This document shows, piece after piece, positions 41,837 to 51,471 of a DNA stretch of 64,000 bases. Numbering within the stretch: the first letter of the stretch is position 1; the number at the start of each line of letters is the position of its first letter. Origin of the DNA: an uncultured beta proteobacterium (GTDB lineage: Bacteria > Pseudomonadota > Gammaproteobacteria > Burkholderiales > SG8-41); NCBI GenBank assembly GCA_903885665.1, contig CAISJL010000157.1, positions 15,002 to 79,001 on the forward strand, read 5' to 3'. The translations under genes were made by a program, and so were the position numbers. The notes below the pieces were generated by a model, which was not told the origin of the DNA, did no database searches, and was given only the letters and a program-made list of their open reading frames with translations.

Positions 41837-42756
41837 GCGCGATCACCACTGCGTTGCCCGAGCAAACCTTGGGGGCGAAGTAACAATACCAAAATTAGAA
41901 CGAGGAACGCAAAAATGTCGCGGTAATTGCTGCCGAACAGCCCGCCGCTGAGTTGTTCGATATAACCCGCGGCAAGACTCTCGATGATGCCCAGCAACAG
42001 ACCACCAATCACTGCCCCGCCAACATTACCGATACCACCTAAGACCGCAGCGGTAAATGCTTTCAGCCCTAACATAAAGCCCATAAAGTAGTGACCAATG
42101 CCGTAGTAGAGTATGACCATTAAACCGGCAATCGCACCAATGGCCGAACCCAATAGGAAGGTCATAGCAATGACAGCATGGGTATCAACGCCCATGAGAC
42201 TAGCAACTGCAGGGTTTTGTTCGGTAGCGCGCATTGCTCGACCCATACGGCTATGGTGAATAAACCAAATTAAACCACCCATGATGCAAGCGGCTAATAT
42301 CACAATCGCAATTTGTAAGTGGTTGATTTGGGCACCAGCAAATTCAATCGAGGGCGGTGTGATGATCGCTGGTAGTGCAATGTATTGCTTACCCCATATT
42401 AATGCTGCGGAATATTGAATCAGAATCGAGACACCAATAGCAGTGATCAGCGGTGCGAGTCGTGGTGCATTGCGCAGTGGTCGGTAAGCAATGCGTTCAA
42501 TGCTGAAGCCTAAGCTTGCACAGACAATAACCGCACCCCCGCCAGCGAGCAACAAACTCACTGGCACAGGTAGCCCTGCGGCATGTAGTAATTGAATGAG
42601 GGTTGCGCTGACTAACGCGCCGATCATGGTGACATCACCGTGCGCAAAATTAATCAGCCCTAAAATGCCATAGACCATGGTGTAACCCAGAGCCACTAGA
42701 GCATAGATACTGCCTAGCACTAGGCCATTGATGAGCTGCTGAACAAAGATATCCAT
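41833..42756 (-). CDS. livH: branched-chain amino-acid ABC transporter permease (LivH-type)
   Basis: A polytopic membrane protein that begins MDIFVQQLINGL..GSIYAL.ALGYTMVYG. Confidence 0.85.
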   Translation of the reverse strand: MDIFVQQLINGLVLGSIYALVALGYTMVYGILGLINFAHGDVTMIGALVSATLIQLLHAAGLPVPVSLLLAGGGAVIVCASLGFSIERIAYRPLRNAPRLAPLITAIGVSILIQYSAALIWGKQYIALPAIITPPSIEFAGAQINHLQIAIVILAACIMGGLIWFIHHSRMGRAMRATEQNPAVASLMGVDTHAVIAMTFLLGSAIGAIAGLMVILYYGIGHYFMGFMLGLKAFTAAVLGGIGNVGGAVIGGLLLGIIESLAAGYIEQLSGGLFGSNYRDIFAFLVLILVLLLRPQGLLGQRSGDRA

Positions 42757-42810
42757 AGATAGATATCGATAGATTAACGGCACCCTAGGGATGCCGTTAA
42801 TCTATGCAAT

Positions 42811-44076
42811 TTATTTCTTGACTGCAGTTGGAGCAGTAGCGCCCGGAGCAGCTGGTGCGGGGCTTGATTCAGCCGCTGCAGCTACGGGCTCTGGTTGAAT
42901 CACTTCTAGGGGTTCCCATTGTCCAGCTTTTACTACATAGATAGTGATTGGGGCATTTTTAAGATCACCTTTTTCATCAAAAGCAATCGGACCAATTACC
43001 CCTTGGTGTTGGGTGTTTTTCAGTTCAGGTAGATACTTGGCAGGATCTGCAGAACCCGCACGTTTCATGGCTGCAACTAAAACCTGTACCGCGTCATAGC
43101 CCATGGGTGCGAACAGTTCAACGTCTTGGTTAAAGCGTGTTTTAAACTTGGCTAAGAACTCATTGCCACCAGGCATTTTGTCTTTGGGTAGGCCGGGGAT
43201 TGAAGCCATCGCACCTTCAGATGCCGCACCCCCGAGCTTAATAAAGTTAGGTGTTTGCACGCCATCGCCACCCATGAAGCGGGCTTTAATGCGCAAGTCC
43301 TGCATTTGTTTAATCATCGGACCTGCTTGTGGGTCAATACCACCAAAAAAAATCAGATCAGGTTTTTTACCCTTGATTTTGGTGAGTATCGCTTTAAAGT
43401 CGGTATCTTTATCGGTGGTATGTTCATGCGCCACGATTTTTGCACCGAGTTCTTTAGCAGTAGCTTCAAAATTGTCTGCCAGACCTTGACCATAGGCCGT
43501 GCTGTCGTCAATCACGGCAATGCTGCGGGATTTGAGGGTGTTGATGGCAAACCGTGCTAATGTTGGGCCTTGTTGACCATCATGAGCGACAACCCGAAAG
43601 GTGGTGGGATAACCTTTGAGGGTGTAATCAGGATTGGTGGATCCCGGAGAGATCTGAGGGATACCGGCATCGGCGTAAATTTTGGAAGCTGGAATCGAGG
43701 CCCCTGAATTAAAGTGACCGACTACGGCGGCAACTTTGGCATCGACTAATTTTTGGGCCACTGTGGTGGCTTTAGTTGGATTGGCTTCGTCATCTTCGGC
43801 AACTAGCTCAAAAGTAGCTTTCTGATCACCAATCATAATGCCTGCGGCATTCAGATCCTCAATTGCTAATTGAACGCCATTGCGAATATCGATGCCGATA
43901 TGCGCTTGCGGGCCAGTCAGCGGTGAGGCAGATCCAATTTTAATGATTAAGGGTTGCGGCGCTGGCGCCTCTACTTTTGCGGGCGGCTGCTCTTTACCGC
44001 AACCGAGTAGGCCAACACTGAGCACTAGGCTAGACATAATAGTTCGAATCATAATGGGTTTTGAATGCAAGGTCAT
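42811..44076 (-). CDS. branched-chain amino-acid ABC transporter substrate-binding lipoprotein (LivK/LivJ family)
   Basis: 421-aa ORF with the lipobox LLGC, a type-I periplasmic binding-protein core (KIG..SPLTGP.A..G, VVGHFNSG) and an Ala/Pro-rich C-terminal tail. Confidence 0.85.
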   Translation of the reverse strand: MTLHSKPIMIRTIMSSLVLSVGLLGCGKEQPPAKVEAPAPQPLIIKIGSASPLTGPQAHIGIDIRNGVQLAIEDLNAAGIMIGDQKATFELVAEDDEANPTKATTVAQKLVDAKVAAVVGHFNSGASIPASKIYADAGIPQISPGSTNPDYTLKGYPTTFRVVAHDGQQGPTLARFAINTLKSRSIAVIDDSTAYGQGLADNFEATAKELGAKIVAHEHTTDKDTDFKAILTKIKGKKPDLIFFGGIDPQAGPMIKQMQDLRIKARFMGGDGVQTPNFIKLGGAASEGAMASIPGLPKDKMPGGNEFLAKFKTRFNQDVELFAPMGYDAVQVLVAAMKRAGSADPAKYLPELKNTQHQGVIGPIAFDEKGDLKNAPITIYVVKAGQWEPLEVIQPEPVAAAAESSPAPAAPGATAPTAVKK

Positions 44077-44377
44077 AACAGTCTCTTTAAAGAATAAAAT
44101 AAAAAAGAAAATGGTTGATTAATAACAGAGTAGACAGAGTAGTAGAAGCAGAGTCGTAAATGCCAGTGATTACATTAGTGCGAATAAAACTCAGCCATAT
44201 CGAATAGATTACCGCATATAGCATCTATTGCCTACCTCTAAAGCATACCAATCTATCAGTGATGAGTGGCGGCTAAGTTAACACAACGCTAGGGTGGGAT
44301 AATGCTCAATTTGTATAGGGCGATGTTTATTGGTTATAAGAAAAAATCACCCTAGGTTATTGCTTCAGCATGATGTT

Positions 44378-44404
44378 AAAAAAAACCGGCATCAGCCGGT
44401 TTTT
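44378..44404 (-). terminator. intrinsic (bidirectional) terminator after the cytochrome c gene
   Basis: The GC stem CCGGC/GCCGG (44386-44390 / 44395-44399) has a 4-nt loop and is flanked by an A-run and a T-run. On the minus-strand RNA the stem is followed by a run of about 8 U. Confidence 0.8.
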
Positions 44405-44420
44405 AAATGGTAAGGTCAAA

Positions 44421-44729
44421 TTACTTGAGGGCTAAAATCCATTGCACAATGGCTTTAACGTCCTCGTCTTTGACGTGAGGGTTTGGCGGCATTGGCACCG
44501 GACCCCACACGCCAGACCCGCCAGATTTCACTTTATTGATTAAATTGGATGCAGCAGTTTTATTACTTTGATACTTTTGTGAAACTTCCTTAAATCCTGG
44601 ACCTACAATCTTACGCTCGATACTGTGACAGCCCATGCAGCCGCTAGACTGAGCGAGCTTTTCAGTGGCGAGGGTGTAACTACTGGCAAGGCTACTAGCA
44701 AATAGAATTGCAGTAACAGCAATTTTCAT
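44421..44729 (-). CDS. class I c-type cytochrome (c551/c552-like)
   Basis: 102-aa ORF with a signal peptide, the haem-binding motif CMGCHS and a distal ...GVWGPVPMPPN Met ligand region. Confidence 0.85.
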   Translation of the reverse strand: MKIAVTAILFASSLASSYTLATEKLAQSSGCMGCHSIERKIVGPGFKEVSQKYQSNKTAASNLINKVKSGGSGVWGPVPMPPNPHVKDEDVKAIVQWILALK

Positions 44730-44910
44730 GAAGACTCCTGATCAGTGGGTGAATCAAGATGGTGATGGGATTTTTAATGGAATTTAAAATGGTTGATTTT
44801 AAATTTTATTTAAAATGCGATCGGTATGGTGACAGGTAAATAAGATTCAATGCATGGTAAGGTACAATTCATAACCTAAAAAATCAATAAGTATTTAATT
44901 GCATTAAACA

Positions 44911-44958
44911 TTTTATATAAATGCCCCAGTCCTGTAGATAAAGCGTAGTCTGGGGCAT
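44911..44958 (-). terminator. possible terminator hairpin after ilvD
   Basis: A 9-bp stem, ATGCCCCAG (44921-44929) / CTGGGGCAT (44950-44958), is followed on the minus strand by UUUAUAUAAAAU. The loop is large (20 nt), so confidence is only moderate. Confidence 0.4.
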
Positions 44959-44963
44959 ATATA

Positions 44964-46637
<1,674 letters not shown>

Positions 46638-46828
46638 GACGAATCTCCGAATTAAAATGATGGTGGATTAAAGTAATGCGCGGGCTGGGTCTAAATTAGT
46701 GTTCTGATTCATTCACAGAAAAATCATCAAGGGTGAAACTTTGCCCAGACACGTATAATAGCGGCTGAATTTTAGCGTAACTTGAACCAACATAATTAAT
46801 ATTCTACTGACTGGACTACCCTACCCTT

Positions 46829-47629
46829 ATGTTTGTCCACCCACAATTTGACCCCGTTGCCCTCCAACTCGGCCCGTTGGCGTTTCGTTGGTATGGGTTG
46901 ATGTATTTATTGGGTTTTAGCCTGATTTGGCTGCTGGGACGGTATCGTATCCAACAACACCCTGTGGGCGAGATCAAATTTAACGATCTAGACGATGTGT
47001 TGTTCTACGGCATGCTCGGTACCATTGTTGGCGGTCGCTTGGGCTATGTATTGTTCTACAAGCTGGAGGACTACATCAGTGTGCCTTGGAAAGCCTTTTA
47101 TGTGTGGGAGGGCGGCATGTCCTTCCACGGCGGTTTTCTGGGGGTGGTGATCGCGATGGCGCTGCTCGCTATACACAAACAAAAGGACTGGATGCGAGTC
47201 ACCGACTTTATCGCGCCCTTGGTGCCGCTTGGCTTAGCGGCTGGTCGCATGGGTAATTTTATTAATGGCGAGCTGTGGGGCCGACCCACCGATGTGGCTT
47301 GGGCAATGGTGTTCCCCAGTGTTGACGCCCTGCCCCGCCACCCCTCGCAACTGTACCAATTTGCCCTAGAAGGCGTTTTATTATTTGCGGTGTTATGGTG
47401 GCTGACCCGCAGACCCTTAGCCCGTGGCGTCGCTTCGGCAGCATTTTTAATCGGCTACGGCAGCTTGCGTTTTATTATGGAATACACCCGTGAACCTGAT
47501 TGGTTTTTAGGCCTATTGGCTTTTGGTTGGTCGATGGGTCAGTGGTTATCGTTGCCAATGGTGTTGGCTGGTGCAGCGATGCTGGTTTACGCCTTGAAGC
47601 AAGATAAAATAACCAATAAAATCAGATAG
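46829..47629 (+). CDS. lgt: prolipoprotein diacylglyceryl transferase
   Basis: 266-aa membrane protein containing [29 protein letters not shown] and HPSQLY. Confidence 0.93.
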   Translation: MFVHPQFDPVALQLGPLAFRWYGLMYLLGFSLIWLLGRYRIQQHPVGEIKFNDLDDVLFYGMLGTIVGGRLGYVLFYKLEDYISVPWKAFYVWEGGMSFHGGFLGVVIAMALLAIHKQKDWMRVTDFIAPLVPLGLAAGRMGNFINGELWGRPTDVAWAMVFPSVDALPRHPSQLYQFALEGVLLFAVLWWLTRRPLARGVASAAFLIGYGSLRFIMEYTREPDWFLGLLAFGWSMGQWLSLPMVLAGAAMLVYALKQDKITNKIR

Positions 47630-47673
47630 TTATATAGATTTAGGTGTCGTTTAACAGGTTGTGTCTACCGTAG

Positions 47674-47979
47674 CTAATCCGACTCGACATCATGGATGAG
47701 CAGCTGTAATGCCAGTCGCCCACCAATGTTCAGGTCACACTTTTCTTCGTTGGCATAAGTGCGCACGAACTTAATCTTAATATTGCGCTGGGCCGCATAT
47801 TCACGGATCTTGTCTGCCTGATTGTCTGTTGAGTACTGTTGATGTTCAGTGAGCATCCGAACGTACTCGGCTGCTTTGACGTTGCTAGGTTGTTCCGTTG
47901 CATCGTGTATGGACTTTTCTGACTGCATATAACCCGATCGTTTGTTATTAGTGTTGATGCGTTCGGGCCTGCCATTCAT
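47674..47979 (-). pseudogene. serine-recombinase (resolvase-domain) N-terminal stub, truncated and with the catalytic Ser replaced
   Basis: The translation contains AAEYVRMLTEHQQYSTDNQADKIREYAAQ...TYANEEK..LNIGGR.ALQLLIHDVES and then stops. This matches the YxRxSTxxQ...NQ opening of serine recombinases. The codon at the catalytic Ser position is CTC (Leu, 47851-47853), and only about 65 residues of the domain remain. Confidence 0.6.
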
Positions 47980-48001
47980 TTCAGGGGATGGTGAACAGCC
48001 A

Positions 48002-48250
48002 GTGGTTTTTGGCTGTCATACATGCCCCCGAAACGGTTGCCCTGCAGGTGGTCGAGATCGCATTTGGGAGCAACGGTAATGCCCAGCAACACATTTGTTG
48101 GCAATGCGTCTTGACCGTCCCCGACTGACGTGGGGCGGCGGCGAGGCATCCATCACCACGGTGGGGGAGCTTCGCGATCAATACCTTGCTGCCTTACGTG
48201 CAGCAGATCAGGGTCAGCTCAACGATTTGATTGCATTTGCTCGCAGTTGA
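48002..48250 (+). pseudogene. decayed Fic-family gene remnant (mobile-mystery-protein-B-like C-terminus)
   Basis: One frame reads VVFGCHTCPRNGCPAGGRDR..R*CPATHLLAMRLDRPRLTWGGGEASITTVGELRDQYLAALRAADQGQLNDLIAFARS*. The tail (R..Y..ALRAAD.G....L..F) and a garbled H-x-x-P-x-N-G-x-x-x-x-R stretch resemble a Fic motif region. The frame is interrupted by TAA at 48077-48079 and has no N-terminal part. Confidence 0.4.
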
Positions 48251-48271
48251 CGAAGGGGAGCGTGGAATGGC

Positions 48272-48546
48272 ATGACCTTAGGCGCTTATATTTCAATTAG
48301 ATCTGCGGTTAGCGCGTTTGTGTCCGCGACTCTGTGGGTCATCGCTGCACGTGCCAGAGTGTCCTATGACCCCAAGCCAAATGAAGATGGTTGTTATCCG
48401 TCCGGAGTTTCAGATGGGGATGATGACTTCATGGAGACTGTGAAGAAGCAGGGGGGGAGTGGAGCTGCCAGGCGGCCTATTCAGCTGCGATTGCCGCCGT
48501 TTTACAGGGCATTTCGATGCTGCTCCAGGTCCTTGAATCGTCATGA
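48272..48546 (+). pseudogene. small two-helix membrane ORF disrupted at a G7 homopolymer
   Basis: The N-terminal part MTLGAYISIRSAVSAFVSATLWVIAARA...ETVKKQ runs into GGGGGGG (48451-48457). A second helix-like segment, EWSCQAAYSAAIAAVLQGISMLLQVLESS*, is read only after a 1-nt frame change and ends at TGA 48544-48546. The unshifted continuation is Arg-rich and looks out of frame. Confidence 0.3.
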
Positions 48547-48601
48547 CAAAGAAAGGAGAAATTCAAAATGGGTGATACAGCTATGGTTGGTGGTGCAATT
48601 T

Positions 48602-49471
48602 CTAGATTGCCGCTTTAGGAATCAGTCGGTCTGCTTGTTGCAACACTAATTCTTTTAAAAACTGCTGATGACTACAGTTTGGGATGGACTCAACAGTCTT
48701 GATAATGAGTGTATTAAAGCAATCTATTGCATCGGTGAGCTGAGTGGAATGAACGGCATTTGGGCGCTGATGTTTTTGGTCTTGTGATATAGGCTTGCCT
48801 AGATCGTCAGCATTGCCAATCACATCACGAATATCATCGGCAATTTGATACGCTGAACCAAGGTGTTCACCGACTACGCGCCACGGTGTTGGATCAAAGC
48901 CAGCTGCCTGGGCTCCAGCCACACTGGCAGCAACAAATAAGGCGCCAGTTTTAGCATGGTGGTATTGTTTTAAAGAGATATCTGATTCACTTTCCCAAGC
49001 TTGACCTGCAATCAAACCATAAGGACTGCCAACACTTGTAGTGAGCGTTTGAATAAGCAGTGTGAGTCGATCAAGGTAACGGGTGTCGGATTGTGCCAGA
49101 TATTGAAAGGCGAGGATGATGAGTGCATCACCTGTAAGTATGGCAATACGCTCACCAAAACGTGCGTGCAATGAAGGCATGCCGCGCCGCGTTGCGGCGT
49201 TATCGAAACAGGGTAAGTCGTCATGGGCGAGAGATGCGCAATGTAATAGTTCTATTGCAGTGGCAACCCGCATTGATAATTGTGGGTCATCATTGCCACA
49301 GGCATGAGATACCGATAAACAAAGTTGTGGACGAACACGAGCGCCGCCAGGAAATACGGCATATTCAATCGCGGACGTTAGCGTAGGCGGACTCACTTTA
49401 GTTTGAGTGAGTGCAACCGCAGCATGCAGGCTTTGTTCAAGATTGCCGATTACATGAAAAATATTACTCAT
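48602..49471 (-). CDS. polyprenyl diphosphate synthase (GGPP/FPP synthase, CrtE/IspA-like)
   Basis: 289-aa ORF with the first Asp-rich motif LAHDDLPCFDN and the second YQIADDIRD. Confidence 0.88.
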   Translation of the reverse strand: MSNIFHVIGNLEQSLHAAVALTQTKVSPPTLTSAIEYAVFPGGARVRPQLCLSVSHACGNDDPQLSMRVATAIELLHCASLAHDDLPCFDNAATRRGMPSLHARFGERIAILTGDALIILAFQYLAQSDTRYLDRLTLLIQTLTTSVGSPYGLIAGQAWESESDISLKQYHHAKTGALFVAASVAGAQAAGFDPTPWRVVGEHLGSAYQIADDIRDVIGNADDLGKPISQDQKHQRPNAVHSTQLTDAIDCFNTLIIKTVESIPNCSHQQFLKELVLQQADRLIPKAAI

Positions 49472-49610
49472 AAATGATGGTGTACACTAATAAAGCATAT
49501 AAAGCATATGATGTTAAATATATCGAATCGTTCAATATTGAGCATTTCAAAGCAATACAAAAAGGATATGATATTGAAAGACAGCTGTTAAGGATAACAA
49601 CAGTTAGATT

Positions 49611-49642
49611 ATTAGTATTGTATGTTATTAGTATTGTATGTT
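49611..49642. repeat. 16-nt tandem duplication (ATTAGTATTGTATGTT x2)
   Basis: Exact copies lie at 49611-49626 and 49627-49642, immediately before the heptamer array. Confidence 0.95.
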
Positions 49643-49650
49643 GTAAAAAC

Positions 49651-49727
49651 TACACCATACACCATACACCATACACCATACACCATACACCATACACCAT
49701 ACACCATACACCATACACCATACACCA
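49651..49727. repeat. heptanucleotide microsatellite (TACACCA)x11
   Basis: Eleven perfect head-to-tail copies were counted directly, followed by a partial TA. Confidence 0.97.
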
Positions 49728-49929
49728 TATAAGTGCTACGGGAGTCCGATGTAAGTGAAGCAGCTACAGGCGAGAAGGGTGTGTGTTGTGAGTCGTATAC
49801 CAAACACGAGCAGGGAAACTGTGGTGTCGTGCAATTCAAGTTTTGGCGTAAGGGTGGGTTGCTGGAGATCTAACGATCAACGAAAACCGCGCCCATTTGT
49901 GCAGACCTTAGCGCAGATGTAGCAAGCGT

Positions 49930-51153
49930 TTAATGTTGGTTTGCAGTATTAATAATTTGAGTAATCCACTCTGCAGTAGCAGGTGCTAAGGTCCAGCCTA
50001 AATGACCGTGGCCAGTGTTATAAAAAATATGCGGATTATGGCCATGACCAACCTTAGGCATCATGTTAGGCATCATAGGTCTGAGGCCGGTCCATGGAAT
50101 CGTTTGGCGGGTATTCACATTAGGGAATAAATCTTCAACCCATTTGATCAGTGGAAGCACTCGGTCGGTTCGAATATCTGTATTAAAACCATTAAATTCA
50201 GCGGTCCCTGCAACACGTAGTCTGTCTATGCCAAGCCGACTAGTCACAATCTTTGCACTGTCATCGAGAAGGCTCACTGAAGGGGCAGCAGACTAGCTGA
50301 GTGTATCTAGTAAAGGAATGGTAATGGAATAGCCTTTCACGGGGTAAATATTGATGCGATCACCCACTTGAGCAGCTAAGTGACGGCTCGCAACACCCGC
50401 GCAAATGACTAATTGATCAAAGTGATGCTCAAAGGCATTGTACTGATCCGAAGAAGAAATCGTAACTTGTTGCGGATGGCAAGTTAATTGTTGTACTTGC
50501 TGGTTAAAGATCAATGTAGCACCAAGACGTTCGCATGCGGCAGCGAGACCAGAAGTATATTTATGGATATCTCCAGTGGAGTCGCTATCAGTAAAAAAAC
50601 CACCATAAAAATTGCCACTCAAGGTAGGCTCAATGCGACGGATATCTTGCGCAGTGACGGGCTGTCGAATTAACCCACCTCGCGCCAGCAATCGAGTTAC
50701 CCGAGATGCGTGGGCAAAATCAGTAGCGTTTCGGTAGATATGAAGAATACCTTGATTGCGATAATCAAAATCAATCTGCTCGATGCGTGCCCAATCAATG
50801 AGAGACTGCCTTGCACGAATAGCCAATTGAACAGTTTGAATGGTGTTTTCTTCGTAATGCGGAATATGAGAAATAAACTCAGTGATCCAAGATAGTTTAT
50901 GCCACGAGGGCTTCATGTTAAACAACAGAGGGGCTTGACTGTTAAACAGCCACCGAATCCCTTTAAGGATGGTTGAAGCTTGATTCCAAACCTCGGCATT
51001 AGAGGCTGAGAGCTGACCGCCATTGGCATACGAGGTCTCCATTGCTGGGTATCGGTTTTTGTCGAAAATAGTGACCTGGTAACCCTGTTTGAGTAAACAA
51101 TAGGCTGTGGTGATACCGGTTATACCCGCACCAATAATTGCGATGGATTTCAT
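49930..51153 (-). pseudogene. D-amino-acid dehydrogenase / glycine-oxidase-like FAD oxidoreductase (DadA family) interrupted by one in-frame TAG
   Basis: ORFs 50293-51153 and 49930-50277 are in the same frame. The join reads YPVKGYSITIPLLDTLS*SAAPSVSLLDDSAKIV, with the stop codon at 50293-50295. The N-terminus is MKSIAIIGAGITGITTAYCL and the C-terminus contains NTGHGHLGWTLAP. The whole sequence is colinear with DadA. Confidence 0.8.
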
Positions 51154-51412
51154 GTTGTTCCTAACAGTAAATAACAGGGTTATAGGGTCGATTAAGATGA
51201 ATTACATCTCAATGCGAGCCCCATCTGTTAGGAACCTGAGAGATTCTCCGCAAAATACCTAAGTATATTTACAGGTTGCTCTTTCGGTGTGTCTAAACAC
51301 AGACAACTCTTCAGATTGTCATCAATGGTCGGTCCTGAGGCCTGAGAGTTTCCGGGGCGGTTGCTCCTTCGGCGCCGCAGATGCAAACGCCTGCGGTCTC
51401 TCCCGATACATT
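51154..51412 (-). promoter_or_regulatory. tandem glycine riboswitch with an SD-sequestering expression platform
   Basis: On the minus-strand RNA, aptamer 1 reads UCGGGAGAGACCGCAGGCG..CUGCGGCGCCGAAGGAGCAACCGCCCCGGAAACUCUCAGGCCUCAGGACCGA. Aptamer 2 reads AUCUGAAGAGUUGUCUGUGUUUAGACACACCGAAAGAGCAACCUG...GGAGAAUCUCUCAGGUUCCUAACAGAU. After that, GUUCCUAACAG (51225-51235) is perfectly complementary to CUGUUAGGAAC (51157-51167), which contains the AGGA located 5 nt before the AUG at 51153. Confidence 0.8.
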
Positions 51413-51471
51413 AAGCCCATATTGTAAGAGAAAATGATGGCTGAAGATAGGTTGGCTGAATAATACTGAGA

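Noticed and set aside
49474-49758. A 94-aa ORF (and its antisense 75-aa ORF) encoding HHTPYTI repeats.
   Set aside because: The periodic peptide is a direct by-product of translating the 7-nt microsatellite. There is no RBS and no protein-like flanking sequence.
50293-50295. The in-frame TAG in the dadA-like gene as a programmed recoding event (for example pyrrolysine).
   Set aside because: Nothing in the window suggests Pyl machinery. Betaproteobacteria are not known to use it, and no recoding structure is evident downstream. A nonsense mutation or an assembly error is the simpler explanation.
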